Source of the DNA: Acetobacteraceae bacterium | GTDB lineage: Bacteria > Pseudomonadota > Alphaproteobacteria > Acetobacterales > Acetobacteraceae | Assembly (NCBI GenBank): GCA_019237355.1 | Contig: JAFAHH010000225.1 | Coordinates: 1 to 33,143 of the forward strand | Direction of reading: 5' to 3' | DNA: 33,143 bases | In this document: positions 1 to 8,061 of the stretch, piece by piece | How the letters are laid out: each line of letters begins with the position of its first letter | Numbering within the stretch: the first letter of the stretch is position 1 | The notes under the pieces: generated by a model | Databases searched by the model: none | Seen by the model: the letters and a program-made list of their open reading frames with translations, nothing else | What the model was told of the DNA's origin: nothing | Made by a program: the position numbers and the translations under genes

Positions 1-2
1 AA

Positions 3-155
3 AAAGTCTGGCCCTTGCTCGAGCAGGGGAGCTGCGCGCCGGTCATCTACAAGGTATTCCCCTTGGCCGAGGCGGCCGAGGCGCACCGGCTGATGGAAAG
101 CAGCAAGCATATCGGCAAAATTATGCTACGCGTTGCCGAGAGCGCGATGGCTTGA
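3..155 (+). CDS. NAD(P)H:quinone oxidoreductase (MDR/zinc-ADH superfamily, Qor/PIG3-like), C-terminal fragment; 5' end lies outside the window
   Basis: Frame 3 reads KVWPLLEQGSCAPVIYKVFPLAEAAEAHRLMESSKHIGKIMLRVAESAMA*. This is the typical Qor-type C-terminal tail (FPLxxAAEAHRxMESxxHIGKIxL). TGA at 153-155. The last ~6 codons lie inside the repeat that starts at 138. Confidence 0.7.
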   Translation, partial: KVWPLLEQGSCAPVIYKVFPLAEAAEAHRLMESSKHIGKIMLRVAESAMA

Positions 156-256
156 AGGCCGACTAGGGCTCCCAATTCGCGAGCATTGGGTCCATTTTTG
201 CGCGCAAAATGGGCTCCCGGGATTGGGGGCCCGATCCGCGGCTGAATCGCGCTCTC
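138..256. repeat. Long variant of the B-type palindromic repeat (perfect 11-bp terminal inverted repeats, nested inner hairpins)
   Basis: GAGAGCGCGAT (138-148) is the exact reverse complement of ATCGCGCTCTC (246-256). The interior has a 14-nt perfect palindrome TTTTGCGCGCAAAA (196-209) and a CCCAATTCGCG...ATTGGG hairpin. The same architecture recurs at 4824-4949 and 12323-12410. Confidence 0.85.
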
Positions 257-268
257 GAATAAACCCAT

Positions 269-373
269 TAGAGCATGTTTGTTTTTAGCAGAAACAAACA
301 TGCTCTAGCGAGTCTTGTTCGAGAGCACGATTCACGCTTTCCGACGTTTCCGCCTCAAGCGATCGTGCTCTAG
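269..373. repeat. Composite A+B palindromic element (MITE/REPIN-like), copy 1
   Basis: A hairpin: TAGAGCATGTTTGTT (269-283) pairs with AACAAACATGCTCTA (293-307). It is followed by a B module, GAGAGCACGAT...GCTTTCCGAC...ATCGTGCTCTAG (321-373). 269-375 matches 16986-17092 with 2 mismatches in 107 nt. Confidence 0.9.
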
Positions 374-401
374 GCTGATGACTTCGGCCGAAGTCATCAG
401 C
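374..401. repeat. Perfect 28-nt palindrome; variant A-type hairpin and possible terminator for the convergent gene ending at 431
   Basis: GCTGATGACTTCGGCCGAAGTCATCAGC is its own reverse complement. It shares the GATGACTTC/GAAG(T/C)CATC core with the A hairpins at 4099, 9153 and 12271. It lies 30 nt downstream of the stop of the minus-strand esterase gene. Confidence 0.8.
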
Positions 402-430
402 CTGGAACGACCGAGCCGAGGGAGCGGTGC

Positions 431-1765
431 TTACAGCCCAAATGGATGGGTGTCCGGCATTCCCTGAGGGCGGCCGCCCGGAAGCGGGGTGATGGCGTGG
501 GTTTCTTCGAACCAGATGAAAGCATCGAATTGATCGGGCATCACCGCCTCGAAGTAATGGCTTTGACGCTCGGTCTCGGGCCGGTAGATCACCCCGATGG
601 CCCGCTCGAGCCGCGATGCGGATAGTGCATCCCGCACCGGGCGGTTGCGGCCGCGCCAATCGGTGAGCGACTGGCCAAGTCCCGCCTCGCGGAAAAGGAA
701 CTCATAACTATCGGGGCGGGCTGGCCGCACAGTCTTTATTTCCATCGGTTCATCCCAGGCGCTGGCCGCCGCAACGGCGCCGCGATCGGTTCCAAAACCA
801 ATCAGAACGGCGTTTTCGCGAAAAGCTTTCCGGCAGAGTTCACCGATGTTGAATTCCCCCTCCCAGCCCATCGAAGTCGCCGCGGCGTTGCCGATGTGGG
901 AATTATGCGCCCAGACCACGGCGCGGCTGCCGGGTCGGCGTTCGAGAAGCCCTTGCAGCGTGTCGAACATATGGCGGTCGCGCAAATTCCAGGACTCGCG
1001 CGAGCCAAGATACATCGTCCGGTAATACCGTTCGGCAGCATGAACAACGCGCGCATTCTGTGCCGCATCGAAAAACGCCTCGCCATCCTGTGCCGCGTAT
1101 GCGAGGCGGTTACCGAGAAGCTCGCGCAATTCGGCGACGACCGCATCCTCGCACGGCTCTTTGTCACCCCACAAAACCGCCCGGCCATAATCAACGGGCT
1201 CCATGTGCCAGGGTGTCAGGCAGGCATATCGACGGCGTGCGATTTGAGCAGCTTGCGGATCGACCCGGCCGAGATATTCCAGCACGGCCGCGATCGAACT
1301 TCTGAGGCTATACACATCCAGCCCGCGAAATTCCACTCGTGTGTCTGCTGGGCGTTGCTCGTTGAAGCCCCGCAGCCAGTCGATAAAGGCCAGTACCTCC
1401 TGGTTGCGCCACATCCACGTTGGGAAGCGGTCGAAGGCTTGCTCTCGTACCGGTTCGGGGGAGCGGTGGCGCACATAGTGATCGATACGGGCCGCATCGG
1501 GCCAATCCGCCTCCACGGCAACAATCGTAAACCCGTGCTCTTGGATCAGCCGTTGGGTGATGGCAGCCCGGGCTTGGTAAAATTCGGATGTGCCGTGCGT
1601 CGCTTCCCCGAGCAGAACCAGGTGGGCGTCCGCGTAGCGATCGAACAGCGAGCCAAAGCCACTAGTATCGGAGAGCCGCGGCAGCTTTTCGCTTCCTTGA
1701 CGCAAGGCGCGGGCCGCCTCTGGCGCATCCGTGCTGGATGTGTGCTGGATGAAATTCCGAACCAT
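431..1765 (-). CDS. Erythromycin esterase family protein (Ere/PF05139-like)
   Basis: 444-aa ORF. The motifs HLVLLGEATHGTSEFY, FTIVAVEADWPD and AVVWAHNSHIG are typical of the erythromycin-esterase family. The protein is family-level only; a resistance function is not implied. Confidence 0.8.
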   Translation of the reverse strand: MVRNFIQHTSSTDAPEAARALRQGSEKLPRLSDTSGFGSLFDRYADAHLVLLGEATHGTSEFYQARAAITQRLIQEHGFTIVAVEADWPDAARIDHYVRHRSPEPVREQAFDRFPTWMWRNQEVLAFIDWLRGFNEQRPADTRVEFRGLDVYSLRSSIAAVLEYLGRVDPQAAQIARRRYACLTPWHMEPVDYGRAVLWGDKEPCEDAVVAELRELLGNRLAYAAQDGEAFFDAAQNARVVHAAERYYRTMYLGSRESWNLRDRHMFDTLQGLLERRPGSRAVVWAHNSHIGNAAATSMGWEGEFNIGELCRKAFRENAVLIGFGTDRGAVAAASAWDEPMEIKTVRPARPDSYEFLFREAGLGQSLTDWRGRNRPVRDALSASRLERAIGVIYRPETERQSHYFEAVMPDQFDAFIWFEETHAITPLPGGRPQGMPDTHPFGL

Positions 1766-1928
1766 AGCGCCTCAGTACGACCTGGTTTCTGGATAGGATT
1801 ATGCAATCCAACGGCAGGTGTTCGGCAAACTTGGCGTGGATCACCAATTCGTGTTTTGATGCTGCCGCGGCGCTGTTCTCCTTCAGTCCAACTGGACTCT
1901 GAGCACAGGCGCCCGGTCTTCAGCGATA

Positions 1929-3104
1929 CTACTTTGTTTGACCCTCAATAATTCCGAGGCCGTCCTTGTGCCAAACGCGCATATAGTCAATTTCCATGTC
2001 AGCCGGGAAGGTTCTGTCGTCTGGGCAAGGAGACCAATTTGGCGGGCAAGCCGCGCCGCCGCCGACGAGATTGTCAAACATGAGAGGCATGGGAGCGAAG
2101 GTCAGATTTTCCGTCCGGCAAGTTTCCTTGCCATCGACGTAGAATGCGACCTCCTTCGGAGTCCAGAGAAATCCATAGATATGGAATCCATCGCTTGGAT
2201 TGACGCCGCGATACATAAAACCGGCACACTTTCCACCCGCGCTCTGCATCAGGAAGGAATCCCCGCCCCTGGCCTCGAAAATGTCATATTCCTTCCAGGG
2301 AGCCCCATTCTTGGGCCAGCCAAACCACCACGCCGGCCAGGTGCCGATGGATGCAGGCAATTTCACCCGGCTCTCAAAGTACCCAAACTGGAATCTATTG
2401 ACTGTCGTGATCGCCCCGGATGTATACGGCTTGTCATCGCCCGGCTTGTGAAGTCCGCGCAGGACAACCTTGCCGTTTCGGAACAAGACGTTTTCTGGCT
2501 CATAGGCGCTCACATCGTGGCCAAAGAATTTCAAACCATCTTCCATTGATGGAATCCATTTCGCTGAATCAAGCGCGTTTCCGTTGAACTCATCGCTGAA
2601 CACCAATTTCCAGCCGGGGGTTCGTCCTATCGGCTGAAATGGCTGAGGATCTTCTGAGGGACGATCTATGGCTTGTACTTCGAGGATATGGCGCTCGGTC
2701 GATGGGAGCGGAATGATTGTGCCTGCGAGGGCAAATGAAAACAAGCTAGCGAAACCGTGCGGCTTGACCAAAGACGCGAATGTTTCGGCAGTACGGCGCA
2801 GCTTGCATGCGAGAGCTCTGTGACGAGGGGACGCCTGTTGCTCAGCATCATTCGGGAGCGCTTTCCACGCTGCTTGCCGGGAGGCGTAAAGCAAGGGATC
2901 ATAGGTTATATCTCGTGCACTCGATCTTGCAGCACCTTTGACCTTTGCAACTCTCATCAGGACTCGCTCCGGGGCGCACATCATGGTATTCAATGAAGCG
3001 CTTCTAATACCAGGGTTGCCTCGTTTTAAAATCCACTCATCACTTGGGTGGCCTTCGGACATGAGACCTTGATCAGGCACAAGCGGATGACGCAAGGTAG
3101 CCAA
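1929..3104 (-). CDS. Glycoside hydrolase family 16 (beta-glucanase/laminarinase-like); start codon uncertain
   Basis: The C-terminal ~270 aa carry WKLVFSDEFNG, YTSGAITT, the catalytic ExDxxE motif as EYDIFE, FHIYGFLWTP and IDYMRVW. The maximal ORF starts at 3104. An in-frame TTG at 2771 would give a 280-aa protein opening with a signal-peptide-like VKPHGFASLFSFALAGTIIPL. GC is about 52-55%, below the neighbours. Confidence 0.75.
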   Translation of the reverse strand: MATLRHPLVPDQGLMSEGHPSDEWILKRGNPGIRSASLNTMMCAPERVLMRVAKVKGAARSSARDITYDPLLYASRQAAWKALPNDAEQQASPRHRALACKLRRTAETFASLVKPHGFASLFSFALAGTIIPLPSTERHILEVQAIDRPSEDPQPFQPIGRTPGWKLVFSDEFNGNALDSAKWIPSMEDGLKFFGHDVSAYEPENVLFRNGKVVLRGLHKPGDDKPYTSGAITTVNRFQFGYFESRVKLPASIGTWPAWWFGWPKNGAPWKEYDIFEARGGDSFLMQSAGGKCAGFMYRGVNPSDGFHIYGFLWTPKEVAFYVDGKETCRTENLTFAPMPLMFDNLVGGGAACPPNWSPCPDDRTFPADMEIDYMRVWHKDGLGIIEGQTK

Positions 3105-3127
3105 CCCTGTGCCGCCAGGCTGGAGCG

Positions 3128-3574
3128 ATGGCCGAAGCCATGATGCTCCGGTCCTGGTTACCTGGCCTACAGATGGGACGCAATTTGGGATTCACGACGA
3201 AATTTGCTTCATCGGAACCCGACACGATCGCACCCGATGGTTCCGAAGTTCGTGTACTCTGTAGTCTGCGGGGCGGCAGTATGGCGCTGTTCTCCCTTGC
3301 TCCCGGGGCTATTTCAAAGCCGGTTGCGCACCGCACGGTCGAGGAAATTTGGTGTTTCATTTCCGGGACAGGGCGCATATGGCGCCGGCTCGGCGATCTC
3401 GAGGAAATCACCGAAATAGGCCCCGGCGCGTCGATCACTCTGCCAGCCGGGACGTGGTTTCAGTTTCGGAATGATGGCTCGGAACCCCTAACAGCGGTGG
3501 GCGCCACGATGCCGCCCTGGCCAGGAGAAGGCGAAGCGTATTCGGTTCCAGGGAAATGGGCTCCCTCTGAATAG
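3128..3574 (+). CDS. Cupin domain-containing protein
   Basis: 148-aa ORF with cupin-like motifs: GSEVRVL...MALFSLAPGAISKPVAHRTVEEIWCFISGTGRIW and GASITLPAGTWFQFRN. Alternative ATG starts exist at 3140, 3143 and 3173. Confidence 0.7.
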   Translation: MAEAMMLRSWLPGLQMGRNLGFTTKFASSEPDTIAPDGSEVRVLCSLRGGSMALFSLAPGAISKPVAHRTVEEIWCFISGTGRIWRRLGDLEEITEIGPGASITLPAGTWFQFRNDGSEPLTAVGATMPPWPGEGEAYSVPGKWAPSE

Positions 3575-3582
3575 CAGCGCAG

Positions 3583-4062
3583 CTACCAAATCAGCACCCG
3601 CTGTTGCAGCAGGCGTAAGGTCAAAACGGTAATCAGCATTGCTAGTACGACGACCGTAAGAACCCAGCGCAAAATGATGTAGCCGCGCGGAACCAGTCCC
3701 CGCTGGCTCGCCCGGGTTTCGATCACCACGGCCCCAATGAAGCTCACTATCAGTATGGCGAGACCGGCCCAGGCGTGGGCCAGCCACGCCAGCATTAGCG
3801 AGAACCACGCGGCCAGCATAGGTAGCACGCCAAACACAAGGCGCGACCGCTCGATGCGCGAATCAGCCGCAACAGGCGTCCGCGGGGCCAGCGCAAAACC
3901 CCAATGCACCCCGCCGAGAAACGCCAGGATGGCCGCGGAATAGGTTATGAAAGCGACGAAGCCAGGACCCTCGCGCCCCGCGACCGCACTCAACGATGCC
4001 AAGCCGCAAATGACGACCGGAATGAGCCCCAATACACCCAGTACGACGGCGACTACCGGCAT
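3583..4062 (-). CDS. DUF3429 domain-containing membrane protein
   Basis: 159 aa with four hydrophobic helices. YSAAILAFLGGVHWGFAL matches the DUF3429 signature as I recall it. Confidence 0.7.
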   Translation of the reverse strand: MPVVAVVLGVLGLIPVVICGLASLSAVAGREGPGFVAFITYSAAILAFLGGVHWGFALAPRTPVAADSRIERSRLVFGVLPMLAAWFSLMLAWLAHAWAGLAILIVSFIGAVVIETRASQRGLVPRGYIILRWVLTVVVLAMLITVLTLRLLQQRVLIW

Positions 4063-4098
4063 CTCGCGTGTCCTCCTACTTTTGGGTCGAAGCGCACC

Positions 4099-4206
4099 CT
4101 AGAGCATGATGACTTCAGGCCGAAGCCATCATGCTCTAGGGTTTTTTGGTGTTGAGAGCGCGATGCAGGCTTTCCGACGAAAGCGCCTTCAAGCATTGCG
4201 CTCTAG
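4099..4206. repeat. Composite A+B palindromic element
   Basis: A hairpin CTAGAGCATGATGACTTC-aggcc-GAAGCCATCATGCTCTAG (4099-4139), then B module GAGAGCGCGATGCAGGCTTTCCGAC...GCATTGCGCTCTAG (4154-4206). The element begins 36 nt upstream of the DUF3429 start codon. Confidence 0.9.
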
Positions 4207-4455
4207 AGAGTAGGTTCTGTTCACGGTGGGATCGCTCGAGCCGTTTATTTGGCAGCCAATTCACCCTCTGGTAAATGAGTTCAGCGGGATCGGTTTTCCC
4301 AGGCTGCACTCTAGCCAGGTTTCAGCCAGGCTTCCTATGGTCCGCATTTCCCGAGTATTTTGAGCAGTGCGCTGTGGGGAGCTCCTTCAGGCGCGAACGG
4401 CTCTATCGGTCGCCCGACCCCTTGCCTTTGTTCTGCTTTAGGGTAACGAACAGGA

Positions 4456-4776
4456 ATGCGGTGGATCCTGATCCTGCCATTTTTGGTTCTCATCGTGCTG
4501 TTTGCGCTATCCAACCAGCAAAATGTGCACCTGGCGCTATGGCCCGCGCAGGGTTGGACTGAATTGCCGGTCGCCATCGCGGTACTGATGGCGGCCGCCG
4601 CGGCGTTCATCCTGGGCGCCCTCTTGGTCTGGTTCGATGTTCTAGCCCAACGGCGCCGGGCGCGCCGGGCCGAACGGCGGGTGCGCATGTTAGAAGAGCA
4701 ACTGGAAGATTTGCGGGCCCGCGGACCGATTCCCTCGCCACCGCCGGGTCCTGTTTCCCGGGCGGCTCCACGCTAG
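4456..4776 (+). CDS. lapA: LapA/DUF1049 family inner-membrane protein
   Basis: 106 aa. Two N-terminal TM helices (ILILPFLVLIVLFALSNQQNV..., VAIAVLMAAAAAFILGALLVW) are followed by an Arg-rich coiled segment RRRARRAERRVRMLEEQLEDLR, the typical LapA/DUF1049 layout. Its TAG stop (4774-4776) lies inside the repeat at 4773. Confidence 0.7.
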   Translation: MRWILILPFLVLIVLFALSNQQNVHLALWPAQGWTELPVAIAVLMAAAAAFILGALLVWFDVLAQRRRARRAERRVRMLEEQLEDLRARGPIPSPPPGPVSRAAPR

Positions 4777-4949
4777 AACATGACGAGTCCAGGTCGAAGC
4801 CACCATGCGCTGGGGTTTTTGGTTGCGAGCGCGCTTCAGGCTTTCCGACCATCCGGGCTCCAATCCCGGGTCCCGATTTTGCGGCGCAAAATGCGACCCG
4901 GTGCTCGCGAAGTGAGAACCCGAGTCCGCCGCAAGCCATCGCGCTCAAG
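4773..4949. repeat. Degenerate A hairpin plus long B-type element
   Basis: CTAGAACATGACGAGTCC...GAAGCCACCATGCGCTGG (4773-4813) is a decayed A hairpin. 4824-4949 has the B core GGCTTTCCGAC plus inner hairpins (GGGCTCCAATCCCGGGTCCC and ATTTTGCGGCGCAAAAT), like 138-256 and 12323-12410. Confidence 0.8.
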
Positions 4950-4975
4950 AGCGGCGCCGGCTCGAGGGGAGCGCC

Positions 4976-5662
4976 ATGGTCTCCGTCGCTGAGCGCCTCA
5001 TTGTCGCTATCGATACCGGCGATCTCGGCCGCGCCCAGGAATGGGCCTCCGCTGTGGCCCCGTATTGCGGTTTAATCAAGCTCGGGCTCGAGTTCTTCCT
5101 GGCCAACGGCCCGGCGGGCGTGCGGGGCGTCACCGAGCGCCCTGTTTTCCTCGATCTAAAGCTGCACGACATCCCGAATACCGTAGCGGGCGCGATCCGT
5201 GCCGTCCTGCCCCTCGCACCCCGTATGGTGACCCTCCATGCAGCGGGAGGGGCGGGGATGTTGCGGGCCGCGCGCGCAGCCGCTGAGGCGGCTGGAACGG
5301 AGCGCCCGCTGCTGCTCGCGGTGACAGTGCTGACCAGCCTGAATGCCGCGGCCCTGGCCGAAACAGGAGTTTCCGGAGGACCCCGGCAGCAAGTGCTGCG
5401 GCTCGCTCAGATGGCGATACGCTCCGGGGCCGATGGCATTGTGTGCAGCCCCCATGAGGCCGCCATCTTGCGAAAGGCGCTGGGCAGCCGGGCGGTGTTG
5501 GTGACCCCCGGAATACGTCCTACGCCCGTGGCAGCGGATGACCAGGCGCGGGTCATGACTCCGGAGCAGGCGATCGCTGCTGGCGCTGACTGGATCGTGA
5601 TCGGCCGGCCGATTACTGGGGCCGCTGATCCGGCCGCCGCGGCACGGGCCATTGCGGCATGA
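4976..5662 (+). CDS. pyrF: Orotidine 5'-phosphate decarboxylase
   Basis: 228 aa. LIVAIDTGD, IKLGLEFF, VFLDLKLHDIPNTV and IVIGRPIT are canonical PyrF motifs. SD-like GAGGGGA lies upstream. Confidence 0.93.
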   Translation: MVSVAERLIVAIDTGDLGRAQEWASAVAPYCGLIKLGLEFFLANGPAGVRGVTERPVFLDLKLHDIPNTVAGAIRAVLPLAPRMVTLHAAGGAGMLRAARAAAEAAGTERPLLLAVTVLTSLNAAALAETGVSGGPRQQVLRLAQMAIRSGADGIVCSPHEAAILRKALGSRAVLVTPGIRPTPVAADDQARVMTPEQAIAAGADWIVIGRPITGAADPAAAARAIAA

Positions 5663-6297
5663 GCATCAAAGTGAAGATTTGTGGGGTGAATAGTATCCCG
5701 GCCGTCGAAGCCGCGGCGAATGCCGGCGCCGACTGGATAGGTTTCGTGTTCTTCCCGCCATCGCCTCGCGCGATCACCCCCGCCCTAGCCTCGGCGTTGG
5801 CGGCGCGGGCCGATCCAGGTCCGGGCCGGGTCGGTCTGTTCGTGGCGCCTTCCGAAGACGAGGTCGCGGCAGTGCTTCGGCAGGTCCGCCTGGATGCGCT
5901 GCAGATTTATGGCCCAGCGCCAACACTGGCGCAGCTCCGCGCCCGTTTCGGGCTACCGGTCTGGCGGGCGGTGGCGGTCGGTTGCGCGGGGGATCCACCC
6001 GCTGACGCCGGCGGTGCCGATAGGCTTGTGCTGGATGCCAAGCCGCCGGCCGACGCCTCCCGCCCGGGCGGAAACGCGGAGCCTTTCGACTGGTCTGTGT
6101 TGCGCGGCTGGAAGGCGCCTGTGCCCTGGATCCTGGCCGGCGGGCTTACAGCGGCAAACGTCGCGCAAGCGATCGGTGTGACCGGCGCCCAGGCCGTCGA
6201 TGTCTCTTCCGGGGTGGAGACCGCGCCGGGTCTTAAAGACCCCAAGCTGATTCGCGCCTTTATCGGGGCGGCCCGCTCAGCCCCAACGCCTGCCTAA
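5659..6297 (+). CDS. trpF: Phosphoribosylanthranilate isomerase
   Basis: 212 aa. VKICGV, GADWIGFVFFPPSPR, ILAGGL and VDVSSGVE are canonical TrpF motifs. Its start overlaps the pyrF stop (ATGA at 5659-5662). Confidence 0.92.
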   Translation: MSIKVKICGVNSIPAVEAAANAGADWIGFVFFPPSPRAITPALASALAARADPGPGRVGLFVAPSEDEVAAVLRQVRLDALQIYGPAPTLAQLRARFGLPVWRAVAVGCAGDPPADAGGADRLVLDAKPPADASRPGGNAEPFDWSVLRGWKAPVPWILAGGLTAANVAQAIGVTGAQAVDVSSGVETAPGLKDPKLIRAFIGAARSAPTPA

Positions 6298-6770
6298 GCC
6301 AAGGTCTGATTATCGTCTTGCGCGGCTTGAGATTGCGCCGCCAGCGCGCGTGCCATCTGGCTCAGCGCTTCTTGGTGCTTTTCGTTGTCGATGGCAGCAA
6401 AATTACGGGCTAGTTCCAGGCACATGCGCTGCCGCGGGGTCATTTCTGAAGCATGTTCATCGGCCGCCAGGCCTTCAAAGAACCAGGAAACCGGAACGCT
6501 CAGGACTTGCGCGATTTCATACAACCGGCCAGCGGAAATGCGATTGAGGCCGCGCTCATACTTATGCGCCTGCTGATATGTTACGCCGATCATCTGAGCG
6601 AGTTGCTGCTGCGATAGGCCCAGCATGACCCGCCGCTCCCGAATGCGATTGCCGACATGCCGATCAGCAGCGCTAGCCCGGGCGCTAGGCCGCGCCTCAT
6701 CGTACTCATTCGAGTGGGTTTGCCCTCTGTGGGCCTGTTGTTCAGACATCTTGTCGAGTGCCCCTGACAC
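6294..6770 (-). CDS. XRE-family helix-turn-helix transcriptional regulator
   Basis: 158 aa. The HTH_3-like core is VGNRIRERRVMLGLSQQQLAQMIGVTYQQAHKYERGLNRISAGRLYEIAQVLSV. An alternative start at Met8 is possible. Confidence 0.8.
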   Translation of the reverse strand: MSGALDKMSEQQAHRGQTHSNEYDEARPSARASAADRHVGNRIRERRVMLGLSQQQLAQMIGVTYQQAHKYERGLNRISAGRLYEIAQVLSVPVSWFFEGLAADEHASEMTPRQRMCLELARNFAAIDNEKHQEALSQMARALAAQSQAAQDDNQTLA

Positions 6771-6849
6771 GATAGAGAGCTCCTCCTGCTATCTTGGGTT
6801 GAGATTCGCGCGGGCTATATCAGGTCAGGGAGGGGTCTCCCGCAATAGG

Positions 6850-7566
6850 CTAATGACCCGTGCCCTGTTCACGCTTTGGTGTCCGAGCCGCATGGAGTTG
6901 GTGGGGTCCCTCTGTGTCCTCGGATACGGGAACCTTATCTTCTTCTTTGCCCGCAGTCACTTGCGCGAGCAAGCGTTGGAGCCGCTCAACTTCTGCGCGT
7001 AAAGCCGCGATTTCCTGTGCGGCTGCCGACTCAGCTGGGTTTTGCTGGTCAGAGACGCCCGGCCCGTTTTCCGCCGTTCCGGCGGGATTGTAGAAGGGCG
7101 TGAAAAAGCTCATCGCCCTCTCGATCATATTCATGTTTTGGCGCCCCACTTCTTCCATCCCGAATGGGAAGAAGTTGCCCATGGTTTGTTGCATGGTCCG
7201 GCGCATTTGCTGTTGCTGAAGCGCAAAAGCCCGCATTGCCTCATCGAGGTATCGCGGCACTAAATTTTGCAGGCTGTCCCCATAGAACCCGATAAGCTGC
7301 CGGAGAAAGCTGGTCGGCAGCATTGCGCGCCCCTTTCCTTCCTCCTCGACGATGATCTGGGTGAGGACACTTCGGGTAATATCCTCGCCGGTTTTTGCGT
7401 CATAGACGACGAAGTCGCGGCCTTCACGGACCATCTCGGCGAGACTGTCGAGGGTGATGTAGCTTGAGCTTTCCGTATTGTAGAGGCGCCGGTTGGCATA
7501 TTTTTTCACCACCGCGGGTGGGTTTTCGGGCGGCCGCTCCGGGCCGCTAGGCGCTGGCTCTGACAT
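6850..7566 (-). CDS. phaR: Polyhydroxyalkanoate synthesis repressor PhaR
   Basis: VVKKYANRRLYNTESSSYITLDSLAEMVREGRDFVVYDAKTGEDITRSVLTQIIVEEE is the hallmark PhaR N-terminal domain. The ORF extends to 7614. I prefer ATG 7566 (MSEPAPS...), which fits homolog N-terminal lengths, but 7599 and 7614 are not excluded. Confidence 0.9.
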   Translation of the reverse strand: MSEPAPSGPERPPENPPAVVKKYANRRLYNTESSSYITLDSLAEMVREGRDFVVYDAKTGEDITRSVLTQIIVEEEGKGRAMLPTSFLRQLIGFYGDSLQNLVPRYLDEAMRAFALQQQQMRRTMQQTMGNFFPFGMEEVGRQNMNMIERAMSFFTPFYNPAGTAENGPGVSDQQNPAESAAAQEIAALRAEVERLQRLLAQVTAGKEEDKVPVSEDTEGPHQLHAARTPKREQGTGH

Positions 7567-7704
7567 CCGATCTCTGACCTCGACGTTGAATAATGGCATC
7601 CGGGCGTTGGGCATAGCTGAACCGGGTTCCTACCCAGGCTGCTCTGGCGGCTAGGGCGCGATCGAATGTTATAGGATCTGAAACTCTTTTTGAGGAGAGG
7701 AACT

Positions 7705-8061
7705 ATGCCGCCAATCGATGGTCCGAACCTGGATTCAGAGCAGCTTGCCCGCGACTGGCTGACGATTTCCCAAAGCGAGCTCGCCTGCATGCAGGTTGAC
7801 CGGGAGGCATACGAAGCATGGCATACCCTTTCCGCTCTGTGGGCGGGCGCGGCGGCGCTGATACTGCATCGACATTCGGAACAAGGCGAGGCTGATGCGA
7901 GCCGATCGACCAGCGCCGCTACGGCGACGAGGCCCGCGCCCGCTGCTGATGCACCTGACCCTCGCGATGCTGAAATCGAGCGCCTCCGGCGCCGCATCGC
8001 CGAACTTGAAGCCGAGCGACGGGGCGGCACCGCCGGTGAACCCGGGGCCGCCGCGGCCTGA
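7705..8061 (+). CDS. Hypothetical 118-aa protein with a C-terminal coiled-coil; possible small partner of the downstream class-III-like PHA synthase
   Basis: ATG 7705 is preceded by GAGGAGAGG (7692-7700). The protein reads MPPIDGPNLDSEQLARDWL...WHTLSALW...AEIERLRRRIAELEAERR. Its 3' end overlaps the phaC-like reading frame. Confidence 0.5.
   Translation: MPPIDGPNLDSEQLARDWLTISQSELACMQVDREAYEAWHTLSALWAGAAALILHRHSEQGEADASRSTSAATATRPAPAADAPDPRDAEIERLRRRIAELEAERRGGTAGEPGAAAA

Noticed and set aside
47-659. Minus-strand ORFs 47-301 and 285-659
   Set aside because: They run through the repeat stack and the 3' ends of real genes. Their sequences are dictated by palindromic repeats, for example reading through CTAGAGCATG hairpins.
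896-1951. 351-aa plus-strand ORF
   Set aside because: It is entirely antisense to the well-supported erythromycin-esterase-family gene. The translation is Arg/Ala/Pro-rich with no recognisable motifs, which is typical of a high-GC shadow ORF.
7895-8035. N-terminal extension of the phaC-like ORF (start at ATG 7895, 7949 or 7967)
   Set aside because: The translation (MRADRPAPLRRRGPRPLL...) looks like an off-frame reading of the upstream ORF's coiled-coil region, and it would overlap orf118 by up to 167 nt. It is kept only as an alternative-start caveat.
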